A DNA stretch of 64,000 bases from Candidatus Aenigmatarchaeota archaeon (GTDB lineage: Archaea; Aenigmatarchaeota; Aenigmatarchaeia; CG10238-14; SpSt-28). The notes below the pieces were generated by a model. It was not told the DNA's origin and did not search any database. It saw only the letters and a list, made by a program, of their open reading frames with translations. The translations under genes and the position numbers were made by a program. Shown one piece after another: positions 9,917-19,440 of this stretch (the first letter of the stretch is position 1; every line of letters starts with the position of its first letter). The stretch covers positions 199,863-263,862 of the forward strand of contig JAVYPJ010000001.1 in NCBI GenBank assembly GCA_038733315.1. The letters run 5' to 3'.

Positions 9917-12088
9917 TTATTCTTTAATTTCCTTAGAATAGTCTATTTTTAAATCCTTTAAAATTTTTTGGTTTAGTAAGTTTTCGTCTCCTACAATTTC
10001 TTTAACTCTCTCTGCTATCTTTGGGCCTAAAATTAATGATAAAGTTGCTAATGGAATTTTCCTTAATTGCTCTACGGTTTTAATTCCATGTCTATATAGC
10101 TTTCTTGCCCTTACTTTTCCTATGCCTTCTATTCTTATCAAAGGTATTAATTCCTCTTTTATTCCGTATTTTGTTCTTATTCTTAGTTTTTTTATTTTTT
10201 TGAGAATGTTTAGTTTTCCAGTTAGAAGTGATAATTCTTGTAAGCTATATAATATCCAATCAGCGATTTCTAATATTCCTCTTAATTCTCCAGGAGCAAC
10301 TTTAAACTCTTCTAATATTTCATTTTCACTTTTTTCATTAATCCAGGAATCTAAAATCATAGATAGCTTAAAAGTTGGTAAATAAAATTCAAAATCTAAA
10401 TCAAATTCGTTTGGAATTTCTATTAAGAAATTTCCTAGGTTAGAATAATAAAAACTTAATAGTTTTTCATATTCTTTTTCTCTTACGTTAACTAAAAATT
10501 TCATTTCTGTTGTAGATGATATTAGCTGAAATATTAAAATTTCTTTTGTTTTTTCGTCTATTTTTTCTAACCCTTCTAATAATATTTTTGCGCTCAATGG
10601 ATCTATATACAACTCACTAACTCTTTTTCCAATTCTTGTTGCTTTTAATTCATCATTTTTATTTTCTATAAATTTCCATTTTTCTAAGAGATTAATTATT
10701 TCTTCTGTTTTTGATTCTAAAAATTTTTTATTTTTAGTTTGGAAATAGAAGAAAGAGGTCTTAAGAAATTTTATTAAATCTTTTTTACTCTTAACAAATC
10801 CAGAAGAGATTAATGAAAGGATTTGGGATCTTAGGATTACTTCATTTCCGATTTTTGAAATTATTTCTTCTAATTCTCCAAAAACATATTTTTCTAATAA
10901 CAGCTTTGCTTCCGCCTTTGTTTTTGCATATAATAATCCAATACCAAACTTATCGTACGGAACTCTACCCGCTCTTCCTACCATTTGTTTGTATTCTATA
11001 TTTGAGATAAAATTTCTTTTTCCGAGATCAAATCTTTTATAACTAGCTATTATAACACAAAAGCTAGGTAAATTTAATCCCATTGATAGAGTTGTTGTTG
11101 AAACTAGAATTTTTAATTTTTTATTTTTAAATAAATCTTCTATTATTTTTCTTTGCTTGTATAATAATCCTGCATGATGAAATGCTATACCATTTTTAAC
11201 TAACTCAGAAAGCTTTTCACATTGCTCTGTTGGATTTTCTAGAACATTCAAAATTTCTTTTGAGTATTGAGATAAGTTCTCTCTTAAATAATTTTTTGTA
11301 ATTTCGCTTAATCTTTTTGCTAAATTTTCTGCTTCTTTTCTTGTAGGGCAAAAAATTATTGCTTGTTTATTTTTTTCTAGAATAGTCTTGATTAATCCCT
11401 CTATTCCAGCTTCTTTTAACTTAATTTTTTTGTTGTTATTTAAGTAAATTTTGTTTTCTATTAAAACACCTTCATATAGAGGTATAGGTCTGAAATCAGT
11501 TTCGTAAAAATTTATTTTTAGCCATTCTGCAATTTCTCTCACATTTTTTATTGTTGCACTTAATCCAACTATTTTAATTCCTGGAATTAACTTTTTTATT
11601 TTCATTATTAAGAACTCTATTGTAGGTCCTCTATGGAAATCGTTTAATAGATGGATTTCATCTAAAACTATTAATCCAACTTGGAAAATCCAATTAGCTT
11701 CATGCCTAATTAAAGAATCTAGTTTTTCATATGTTGTAATAATAATATCATAATAAGCTAGAAAGTTATCTGCACTATCATAATCTCCAACACTAATCGC
11801 AACTTTATAATTATTAAAAATTTTTTTAAATTCTTCAAACTTTTCGTTTGCTAGCGCAACTAACGGAACGCAATATATAATTTTGTTACCTTTTTCTAAT
11901 TCTTTTGCAATCGATAAAACCGCTAATAAAGTTTTTCCGCTATTTGTTGGGGCTGAAATTATATAACTATCGTTTAAAAATCTTAAACATTCTTTTTGAT
12001 ATTCGTAGAGCTCATTTATTTTTCTCTCTTTTAGCGAAACGATTATAAATTCGCTTATTCCAAAGTTTTTTAATTCTTCTATTTTCAT
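9917..12088 (-). CDS. hel308: Ski2-like DNA helicase Hel308/Hjm
   Basis: APTNSGKT, DEIH, LSAT, HHAGL, QMVGRAGR, C-terminal HhH IGKVRARKLY. Confidence 0.95.
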   Translation of the reverse strand: MKIEELKNFGISEFIIVSLKERKINELYEYQKECLRFLNDSYIISAPTNSGKTLLAVLSIAKELEKGNKIIYCVPLVALANEKFEEFKKIFNNYKVAISVGDYDSADNFLAYYDIIITTYEKLDSLIRHEANWIFQVGLIVLDEIHLLNDFHRGPTIEFLIMKIKKLIPGIKIVGLSATIKNVREIAEWLKINFYETDFRPIPLYEGVLIENKIYLNNNKKIKLKEAGIEGLIKTILEKNKQAIIFCPTRKEAENLAKRLSEITKNYLRENLSQYSKEILNVLENPTEQCEKLSELVKNGIAFHHAGLLYKQRKIIEDLFKNKKLKILVSTTTLSMGLNLPSFCVIIASYKRFDLGKRNFISNIEYKQMVGRAGRVPYDKFGIGLLYAKTKAEAKLLLEKYVFGELEEIISKIGNEVILRSQILSLISSGFVKSKKDLIKFLKTSFFYFQTKNKKFLESKTEEIINLLEKWKFIENKNDELKATRIGKRVSELYIDPLSAKILLEGLEKIDEKTKEILIFQLISSTTEMKFLVNVREKEYEKLLSFYYSNLGNFLIEIPNEFDLDFEFYLPTFKLSMILDSWINEKSENEILEEFKVAPGELRGILEIADWILYSLQELSLLTGKLNILKKIKKLRIRTKYGIKEELIPLIRIEGIGKVRARKLYRHGIKTVEQLRKIPLATLSLILGPKIAERVKEIVGDENLLNQKILKDLKIDYSKEIKE

Positions 12089-12092
12089 TAAA

Positions 12093-12506
12093 TTATTCTT
12101 GAATTAACTCTTTTACAACTTTTGCAAATTCCTCTAAATAGACTCTTTTTTCCTTAAAAACATTATATACAATTTCTAAATCTATTTCTGTATATAGGTG
12201 AACTAAAACATTTCTAAAAGAAGCCAGTTTTTTTAATTCTTCTTTTAATTCTTTTCCTATTATTTTGTTTTCCCATAAGATATCAAATATCTCTTTATAC
12301 GAAGAAGGTTCTCTGAATTTTTTTATTTGGATAATATTATTTCCAATATCTATTGATGCTTGAATAGCTTTCAACATACAGTGCATTATCATATTTTGAT
12401 AGTCTTCGTTTGATAAAAAATTTTCCTTACATATTTTTTCATACTCTTTCCATTTCTCTATGGATTTTATTAATAATTTTAGATAGACCTCAAGTTTCTC
12501 TTTCAT
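12093..12506 (-). CDS. HEPN (DUF86/HepT) ribonuclease toxin
   Basis: RNVLVHLY = Rx4HxY motif. Confidence 0.9.
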   Translation of the reverse strand: MKEKLEVYLKLLIKSIEKWKEYEKICKENFLSNEDYQNMIMHCMLKAIQASIDIGNNIIQIKKFREPSSYKEIFDILWENKIIGKELKEELKKLASFRNVLVHLYTEIDLEIVYNVFKEKRVYLEEFAKVVKELIQE

Positions 12507-12883
12507 ATTTTGTCAAGGTAATATTTTGTGTATTTATCTATTATTGGTTTAAAGTCGAAATATTCGTTTAAAGTTTTTAACCTCTCTTTAAAGAAAGCTT
12601 CTTCATTAAAAATTATTCTAATCCCTTCTTTTATGGCAAAAAATTTGGTTTGAAGATTAACTCTATTCCAATCTTTCACATCTATTTCGATTTTTATTTC
12701 TTTCTCTATTTCATCTATAATTTCGTCTTTTATTTCTCCTTTTATTAATATATCAATATCTTCAAAATAATTTCTAGTTGCGAAGGAGCCAAATATTATT
12801 GCAAAGTCAATATTATATTTGGAAAGAATTTTCCTAATCGTTTCTACAATTTTTTCCTTTTCAGATAACTTATGATAATTCAT
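12503..12883 (-). CDS. Minimal nucleotidyltransferase (MntA-like) antitoxin
   Basis: FGS...DIDI motif; 4-bp overlap with downstream HEPN gene. Confidence 0.9.
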   Translation of the reverse strand: MNYHKLSEKEKIVETIRKILSKYNIDFAIIFGSFATRNYFEDIDILIKGEIKDEIIDEIEKEIKIEIDVKDWNRVNLQTKFFAIKEGIRIIFNEEAFFKERLKTLNEYFDFKPIIDKYTKYYLDKI

Positions 12884-12884
12884 T

Positions 12885-13442
12885 TTAGCTTTCTTTTTCT
12901 ATTTCGAAAATTATTTTTAGTTGTTTGTTTGGATTTTTTATTTTTTCTACAATTCTTCTATCTATATCTATCGCTGCTTTATTAGATAAAATCACAGCTG
13001 TTCTATCGTCTATGAAATCGCTTTTTCTTATTACTATTGATTTGTCGTTAGTTAGTTTTAGGGCTGGTGAACCAAAAGCGTAAAATACTTCTTGCAATTC
13101 ATCAACTATTATAGTTATTTTTACCTTAGCGCCGCTTTTTAGTGCTATTTTAAATTCTTCACTAAAATCGCTAACACTTTTATTAGCTTTTATTCCTATT
13201 ATACAATCTCCTTTTTCAGTTAGAAAATCTTCCTTAGTTATTTCTAAGGTGGATTCGTGGGTGGCTTGTATTTTAGGGTGGCCATATGCTATTACTTCCT
13301 CCTTTATACTTTCAAAAATTCTAACTATTTGCCATCTGTTTTTTTCTAGCTGAAATATTCCGTAATTTGAATGAAAATATGGGATTCTTTTTTCCTCTAA
13401 TCTTCTAATAATTTCAAACCTTTCTTGAAACTTATCTACCAT
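12885..13442 (-). CDS. DUF371 domain protein
   Basis: A.GHP.I.ATH..TLEITKE..LT..GDCIIGI.A..S and IVIRKSDFID.RT. Confidence 0.88.
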   Translation of the reverse strand: MVDKFQERFEIIRRLEEKRIPYFHSNYGIFQLEKNRWQIVRIFESIKEEVIAYGHPKIQATHESTLEITKEDFLTEKGDCIIGIKANKSVSDFSEEFKIALKSGAKVKITIIVDELQEVFYAFGSPALKLTNDKSIVIRKSDFIDDRTAVILSNKAAIDIDRRIVEKIKNPNKQLKIIFEIEKES

Positions 13443-13481
13443 AAATTAATTTTTTATTAAAAAAAGAAAAAAGTGTTGGGA

Positions 13482-13775
13482 TTATTCTGCCTTTATTTTT
13501 ATGTATTTGTGTAGGAAAAAGTTATATATAGCTGCTGTTATTATGCCAGATATAAAACCACCTATGAATCCTATTACTATGATTATTATATAGGATGTTA
13601 TTAAAGACGCTGTTGTTATGCCAAAGAGTGTTGAGGTAGCAATTTCTGGTAGTGCGCTGATTATTGAAAGGCTAAGGATTAACATTAAAAGACCGATTAT
13701 TGCTGTTATTATTGTTGAGGATATTGCTATTACTAAAGCAAAAGAGATGTAGTCTATTTTTTCTACATCTTTCAT
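13482..13775 (-). CDS. Small 2-TM membrane protein
   Basis: Two long hydrophobic segments; GFI.G...A.IYN. Confidence 0.65.
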   Translation of the reverse strand: MKDVEKIDYISFALVIAISSTIITAIIGLLMLILSLSIISALPEIATSTLFGITTASLITSYIIIIVIGFIGGFISGIITAAIYNFFLHKYIKIKAE

Positions 13776-13778
13776 AAA

Positions 13779-14612
13779 CTATATTTTCTTTTTAAGATAT
13801 ATTATGTTGTTTCTACCTCTTTTTTCAACATCTACAATTCCTCTGTTTTTTAGAGAATAAACTATTTTACTTATTTCTGCCTTCGATAGCTGCGTTAATT
13901 CTACTAACTTTTTTTGGTTTATTGGGTTATTTTTTAGTAAAATTTCTAAAATGTTTTTTTCTTTTGGTTCTAAGATTTTCATTATTTCTAATCTTTGTTT
14001 TTCTAGTTTTGATTTGTAATAAAAATAAACTATTACAATACCAGCTAAAAATATTGTTAGTATAATAGTTATTAAAGAATATGGAAATGGAATAATCCTT
14101 TCTACTTCTTTTATTTTGAATTTTGTTTCGAAAACAGTTATGTTAGAATCTCTAAAATGTAAAATTATTCTTTTTCCATCGCTAGAGGCATTTACTAAGT
14201 TTTTAATTTTTCCCATTTCTTCTTCTAATACATATCCTATTGGTAAATATACAATTAAGTTAAAGCTTCTAGCGCTAGTTAGAATTTTTAGTTCGTATTC
14301 TTTATTTTCGTTTACTATTTTTTCGGTTTCTACGTAAATTTTATATAGTATAGGTAAATCGTTTTGATTTTTTACTTTACAAATTATTGAGTTTTTTTCA
14401 AATATGTCGCAATTTATTTTTTCTTTTTGATCTACAGTTAAATTAAATAGCTGTTTATTGAATGTTAATATAGTATCTACGCTTTTAGAGATTATTGAGA
14501 TGTTGTTTTTTGTTGTAAAGTCTTCGTTTAAATACTGCTCTATTATTATCTCGTTTCCTAAGATTATTGGAATTATTGAGAGGAATATTAGCAGTTTTAA
14601 TAGGCCTTTCAT
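13779..14612 (-). CDS. Membrane-anchored winged-HTH protein (COG2512-like)
   Basis: Signal peptide, extracellular domain, TM helix, C-terminal I.Q..L...T.LSKA.IS..V..L..RGIV..EKRGRNN wHTH. Confidence 0.8.
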   Translation of the reverse strand: MKGLLKLLIFLSIIPIILGNEIIIEQYLNEDFTTKNNISIISKSVDTILTFNKQLFNLTVDQKEKINCDIFEKNSIICKVKNQNDLPILYKIYVETEKIVNENKEYELKILTSARSFNLIVYLPIGYVLEEEMGKIKNLVNASSDGKRIILHFRDSNITVFETKFKIKEVERIIPFPYSLITIILTIFLAGIVIVYFYYKSKLEKQRLEIMKILEPKEKNILEILLKNNPINQKKLVELTQLSKAEISKIVYSLKNRGIVDVEKRGRNNIIYLKKKI

Positions 14613-14787
14613 ATTAAATAAAATAAAAGTAATGTTTTTAAAGCATTGCTTTCTGTTTTTTAATGATAAATAAAAATATTTGTTTTTATTTTGTTTTTTG
14701 AAAAAATTTAAATTTATAAACTTTTTATAGAAAAAATTTTAATTTTTAAACAATTTTCTAAAAAATTTTTAAATCAATATTTTTGGT

Positions 14788-14816
14788 TGGAAACAGTTTC
14801 CATTAGTGTTTAAATA
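14788..14816 (+). promoter_or_regulatory. S-layer promoter: palindrome plus TATA box
   Basis: TGGAAAC-A-GTTTCCA (14788-14802) followed by TTTAAATA (14809-14816). Confidence 0.6.
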
Positions 14817-14841
14817 GGGTATATAGGGTATTTGATATTAT

Positions 14842-14890
14842 GGAATGCCCCTATTAGAGCTAAGTATCGCTATGAAAATAGGGGTGTTCC
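14842..14890 (+). promoter_or_regulatory. K-turn hairpin in predicted S-layer mRNA 5' UTR
   Basis: 14-bp stem GGAATGCCCCTATT/AATAGGGGTGTTCC (2 G-U) capped by A-GA-GC...GC-TAT-GA-A. Confidence 0.7.
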
Positions 14891-14913
14891 GATAGATGTG
14901 CTAAATATAAAAC

Positions 14914-17058
14914 ATGACACTCATAAAAAAACTCGGTGCAATAGCGATTGGAAGCATTTTATTAGCTTCTAGTGTAGTTCCTTTAGCGCAATCAGAATTA
15001 ACGATTAAGGATGCTATAGCAAAATTAGGAAGACCAGGAACAGACTTTTGGATAGTTGTTGGAAAAGATAGAGCTCATGTTATAGATACGTTAACAGCAG
15101 CAGACATAGCCTTAAGATTTGCAGAATTTGCTACAGTCGAGGAGCAAATAGCTGGAACGAAAGAATATACTGTAAAGGGATTAGAAGCTAGATTAATGTT
15201 AAATACAAATAGCTTAACTTCTGGTGGTCAGCCAGCACTACCAACTGGCGAGTTGGATAATAACGTTTTACCTCAATTAAAAAAAGAATACACTGTTAGA
15301 GTTGGAACAGATTCTTTAACAGTAAAAGAATTAGTAGAAGTATCTAATACAACAAGTCTAGCTAATAATGTTTATGCAAATTCTACATTAGCGTTAGGAT
15401 TGAATTCTGCCCCAGCAACGTATCTAAGCTATTATATAAAAGTCGATGGCAATCTAAGTAATGTAAATGGTGATGCTGGGAGGCTTTTAAAAGTTAGATT
15501 GGGAGATAACAATTTTGTAATTTCTAAGGTAGAAGATGGTAGTAAGGATAAAGTTACATTATTCGATGGTTTTGGACCTGATTGGTTAAGAGTTGGTGAA
15601 GAAAGGGACATAGGAAATACTGGATATAAACTAACATTGACGGATGTTATGGGTTTTGGTGGTGATGTAGTTGCGATTGGTAAAATAACAGATAAATCTT
15701 CTGGCAGGGAATACCCATTTAACGTACAGATATCTGGTGGATCTCCCATTCCAGAGATTATTGAGATTAGTGATGACGTATCATTTAAGATAGTTTTATT
15801 AAGTGGAGTAGGATTTGGAGATCAGAAAACAGCTAGAATTGTAGTGGGTCAGGAAAAAGTAGTAGCTGATGGAGATAAATACGATGAAATATTTAAATGG
15901 AAGGTAGATTACAGTTCAAATACGTTAAAGTTCGGTTTTGATTTAAAGCCAGAAAATACAACGTATGTTGATGTAGGAAAGTCTATTAAATTACCAGGAA
16001 GCAAAATATCCTTATCAAACTTAGGATTAACACTAACTGATAAGGATTATTTAGCTACTATAAACGTTAAACTGATAGATATAGATACAACAAAGGTAAA
16101 CGCGACCAGCTGTTTTTCCAGTGCTAAGGACATCGGCTTAGAAATTTCGAACGTACCGATTTATAGTGGTGGAGGGATTTATAATAATGTATACGTTTTG
16201 TTTAAAGCTAATAACACCAACTTAGATGCAAAAATAGCATATATAGATAGCAGTAGTGGAGAATATAAGTGCTTCAGTAGTAGTGACCAACTAACTTTAG
16301 GACCAACGGATATAATATTACAACCTCAATATAGCTTGACAAGTAATAAATTCCCACTAACCAACAATCTTGAAATAGAAATGGATGATACTAATAAAGT
16401 TATATCGACAGTAGTGGGTACATCTGATTACGGAATGGGTATTAGTTATAATACTGCTAACGTTAATAATACTTGGGTATACACAAAATACGGTCATAAG
16501 GTCTTTGTGTCTAGTGATAGAAAATTAATGAAATTATCCTGGACACCAATACAAGGATACTTAAAAGTTGCATTAGGTGAAGTAACAGAGAAAGTTGTTG
16601 GTGGAGGAACAATTAAAAAACTAGATGTACAGGCATTGCAAGTTCCTGTAGGAAAGTTTGATACAGAAGTTTCAACAGATTCTTCATTAACGAAGAACTT
16701 AATAGTAATAGGAAGTCCAATAGTAAACAGAGTTGCTGCAGCATTATTGAACTTACCATATGGAGAGTTTGAACCAACAAGAGATTACTATGCAAATATA
16801 GGAGCATATGATCCAGCAACAGATCAAGGTAAAGGATTCATTCAAGCATTTGACAACATATTCAACTCTGGAAAAGTAGCAATATTAGTAGCTGGATGGA
16901 GAGGAGAAGATACTAGATTATCAGGAAGCGTATTGCAATTATACGATAAATTCCTAAGCGACTTGAACAGAAATGCAGTAATAATTGGAGGAACAAGAGA
17001 ATCACCAACATTCTTGCCAGCAAAAACACCAGAGACATCAACAGAGGGAGCTGAGTAA
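14914..17058 (+). CDS. S-layer protein
   Basis: IKKLGAIAIGS signal; IVVG...A...D...A.DIA; C-terminal NLIVIGSPIVN.VAA and LVAGW.G.DTR; long leader and terminator. Confidence 0.9.
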   Translation: MTLIKKLGAIAIGSILLASSVVPLAQSELTIKDAIAKLGRPGTDFWIVVGKDRAHVIDTLTAADIALRFAEFATVEEQIAGTKEYTVKGLEARLMLNTNSLTSGGQPALPTGELDNNVLPQLKKEYTVRVGTDSLTVKELVEVSNTTSLANNVYANSTLALGLNSAPATYLSYYIKVDGNLSNVNGDAGRLLKVRLGDNNFVISKVEDGSKDKVTLFDGFGPDWLRVGEERDIGNTGYKLTLTDVMGFGGDVVAIGKITDKSSGREYPFNVQISGGSPIPEIIEISDDVSFKIVLLSGVGFGDQKTARIVVGQEKVVADGDKYDEIFKWKVDYSSNTLKFGFDLKPENTTYVDVGKSIKLPGSKISLSNLGLTLTDKDYLATINVKLIDIDTTKVNATSCFSSAKDIGLEISNVPIYSGGGIYNNVYVLFKANNTNLDAKIAYIDSSSGEYKCFSSSDQLTLGPTDIILQPQYSLTSNKFPLTNNLEIEMDDTNKVISTVVGTSDYGMGISYNTANVNNTWVYTKYGHKVFVSSDRKLMKLSWTPIQGYLKVALGEVTEKVVGGGTIKKLDVQALQVPVGKFDTEVSTDSSLTKNLIVIGSPIVNRVAAALLNLPYGEFEPTRDYYANIGAYDPATDQGKGFIQAFDNIFNSGKVAILVAGWRGEDTRLSGSVLQLYDKFLSDLNRNAVIIGGTRESPTFLPAKTPETSTEGAE

Positions 17059-17075
17059 TCTCCCTCTCTTTTTTT
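17043..17075 (+). terminator. Hairpin + T-tract terminator of S-layer gene
   Basis: AGAGGGAG/CTCCCTCT stem enclosing the stop codon, then a long T run. Confidence 0.7.
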
Positions 17076-17098
17076 CTTTTTTTAATTTATTTTTTTAT

Positions 17099-17153
17099 GC
17101 GATGATAAAACTGTCCCAGCATGAGCTTTAATGATTAGAGGGGTAGCTATTGA
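17099..17153 (+). ncRNA. Candidate degenerate box C/D sRNA
   Basis: GCGATGA..ATGA..TTAATGA..TTGA spacing with GC-rich guides ACTGTCCCAGC and GAGGGGTAGCT in AT-rich context. Confidence 0.5.
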
Positions 17154-17611
17154 GCTTCTATACTTTTAAGAATTGAAATATAACTCTCTAAGTCCAACAT
17201 TAAAAAGCTTATTTTCAACTCTTCTATAAAAACGTTTTTTGGTAAATTATTAACGTCTTTTTTCGAAAAAGAAATAAATTTTTTTCCAACCTTTACTATC
17301 GTTTCAAATTTTTCATCAGAATGATTAATAATGAAAAAAGGCTTACTTCTAAAAAAACCGAAGCACAAAAAATTTATTTCGTTTTTTGAAAGTTCAATAA
17401 AATCTTTTATTGGAATGGAAACGTATGCATTCTTTTTAGTTGTTTTTAACTTACCCTTTAATTCATATTTATTCAACTTTACTATTATATCACACCCTGG
17501 ATAAAATTCGCTTTTTTTACCGCTTAGCGTTACTCTTTTTGCATCAAAACCAAAAGATCTAAACTTATAAACAACATGATATTCAAATCTTCTACCGACT
17601 TTATAACTCAT
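17147..17611 (-). CDS. Hjc-like Holliday junction resolvase-family protein
   Basis: G.RFE..V...F...GF...R...SG.....DII; the ExK motif appears altered (GKLK). Confidence 0.6.
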   Translation of the reverse strand: MSYKVGRRFEYHVVYKFRSFGFDAKRVTLSGKKSEFYPGCDIIVKLNKYELKGKLKTTKKNAYVSIPIKDFIELSKNEINFLCFGFFRSKPFFIINHSDEKFETIVKVGKKFISFSKKDVNNLPKNVFIEELKISFLMLDLESYISILKSIEAQ

Positions 17612-17640
17612 AAATTTAAAAATATAGTTGTATTATAATT

Positions 17641-18186
17641 ATGGTTGTGAAACTAAAAGACATAATGTCCACTACTTTGAATACCATAGACGAAAATAAA
17701 AATATAATAGATGCTGCAAAAAAGATGAAAAAATTCTCTTCTCTATTAGTCAAAAGAAAAGGAAAGATTTATGGAATTTTAACAGATACAGATATTGTTA
17801 GAAAAGTTGTTGCAAGAGGATTGGATCCAAAAAAAGTTAAGGTTAAGCAAATAGCAAGCACACCCTTAATAACCCTAGATGAAAACGAAGATGTAAGAAA
17901 GGCGTCTTATGTGATGATAAAAAACGGAATAAAGAGAATTGTTGTTACAAGAAATGGAAAAGTTGTTGGAATTGTTACAGCTACGGATATAGCTAGATAC
18001 ATTCCAGATTATTTAGATGTAATAGAAATTGGGAAAAAGTATATGGGTGTTAAAAGACCAATACTAGAGGATTTAGAAGATGAATTATTAATTGGTGAAT
18101 GTGAAGAGTGTGGAAATTTAACTTCTGATTTGAAATTAGTTAGCGGTAGGTGGCTTTGTGAAAGTTGTAGAGAGGAATGGAAATAA
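17641..18186 (+). CDS. CBS-pair protein with C-terminal Zn ribbon
   Basis: GILTDTDIV and GIVTATDIA; CEECG...LCESC. Confidence 0.9.
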   Translation: MVVKLKDIMSTTLNTIDENKNIIDAAKKMKKFSSLLVKRKGKIYGILTDTDIVRKVVARGLDPKKVKVKQIASTPLITLDENEDVRKASYVMIKNGIKRIVVTRNGKVVGIVTATDIARYIPDYLDVIEIGKKYMGVKRPILEDLEDELLIGECEECGNLTSDLKLVSGRWLCESCREEWK

Positions 18187-18899
18187 GTAAGATATGTAAA
18201 TCAAAGATAATTCCTTTAAATTTAAAAAATACTCTAAAAGACGCTATATTAAAGGTTTTAAGAATAGAATATAGCGTACCAATAGTAGATAAAAAAAGTT
18301 TAATAGGTTGTTTGAGTGATAGCGATTTGTTAGGAATTATTTATACAAGAAAATATGGGATAAGCGAGAGGATAAAAAATATTGATTATATTCAATTCCC
18401 AATATCTATAAATAAAAAGGAAAAAATAGATAAAGCAATAGAGCTTATAAAGAATTATAATTTAAATAGTTTAGTTGTTGTTAATGAAAACAATTTTCCA
18501 GAATATGTTTTAAAGGATTTTGAATTATTAAGATTTATTGAAGTAGAAGGTTTTGTTAAAGATTTCATGACAAAAAACCCTATTTGTACAAAGATAGATA
18601 GTAGTGAAAATTTGATAAGGATGTTAGTTTTTTCAAAGTTTAGAAATTTGCCTGTTATAGATAAGGAAAAAAAGTTTATAGGCGTTTTAAATGTTCATAG
18701 AGTTTTAAAATCGCTTTATCTAAATAATTTTAAAATTCCTAATGACATTGTTTTAAAAGTTGAAACTTTTGAAAAAGATGATGACATAATTTTAGTAAAA
18801 AAGTTTTTAATTGAAAAGAAAGTTGCTATAATAGCGGAAGAGAATAAAGTTATCGGCATAATAACACCATATGACATTATAAAGAAATTTCATGAATAA
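18177..18899 (+). CDS. Four-CBS-domain protein
   Basis: VPIVD..LIG.LS.SD, LPVID...FIGVL, VIGIITPYDI. Confidence 0.8.
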   Translation: MEISKICKSKIIPLNLKNTLKDAILKVLRIEYSVPIVDKKSLIGCLSDSDLLGIIYTRKYGISERIKNIDYIQFPISINKKEKIDKAIELIKNYNLNSLVVVNENNFPEYVLKDFELLRFIEVEGFVKDFMTKNPICTKIDSSENLIRMLVFSKFRNLPVIDKEKKFIGVLNVHRVLKSLYLNNFKIPNDIVLKVETFEKDDDIILVKKFLIEKKVAIIAEENKVIGIITPYDIIKKFHE

Positions 18900-19392
18900 T
18901 TTCGTAAATAGGTCCGCTAAGGGTTAGAGTGCTTTTGACTAAGCATATTTTATCAACAATAAATTTCTCTTCAAATTTAAAAGAGCTAACATATTCTAAT
19001 ATTTTGTTTTTGTTAATTACACTTTTAACTCTGCATAGAGTTAAGTGAAGCGGTTTACTATCACCACCAATCTTTTTAAAAATTTCATTTCTAATTAGCT
19101 CTCCTTTCTCACTTTTAACTCCTATAGCAATAACTCTAAAATAATCCTTATTTGGGATTAGTAAAAGATTTTTTAACACTGCTTCAAAACTTCCAGAATT
19201 TTTAAACTCATTTAATTTTTCAATTATTTTTGAAACATCTTTAACTTCGCCTAAAAAAGTAAAGGATAAATGAAAATTTTCTTTTTCTACATATTTAGCT
19301 TTAATAGCGTTAAGGTTTTTAATTTCCTTTTGTACTTTTTCAACCTTTTCTTTTATTTCATTTGGAAGGAAATATGCTATAAAAACTCTCAT
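18877..19392 (-). CDS. thpR: RNA 2',3'-cyclic phosphodiesterase (2H family)
   Basis: MR.FIA; two HxS/T motifs (HLSF, HLTL); STLT..GPIY. Confidence 0.92.
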   Translation of the reverse strand: MRVFIAYFLPNEIKEKVEKVQKEIKNLNAIKAKYVEKENFHLSFTFLGEVKDVSKIIEKLNEFKNSGSFEAVLKNLLLIPNKDYFRVIAIGVKSEKGELIRNEIFKKIGGDSKPLHLTLCRVKSVINKNKILEYVSSFKFEEKFIVDKICLVKSTLTLSGPIYEIIHEISL

Positions 19393-19440
19393 TAATGAAG
19401 ATAAGAAAATATTTATATATTTGTTAAAAGGATTAAAATT

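Noticed and set aside
14613..14787. A/T-tract inverted repeats upstream of the S-layer promoter
   Set aside because: Low complexity; expected by chance at this AT content.
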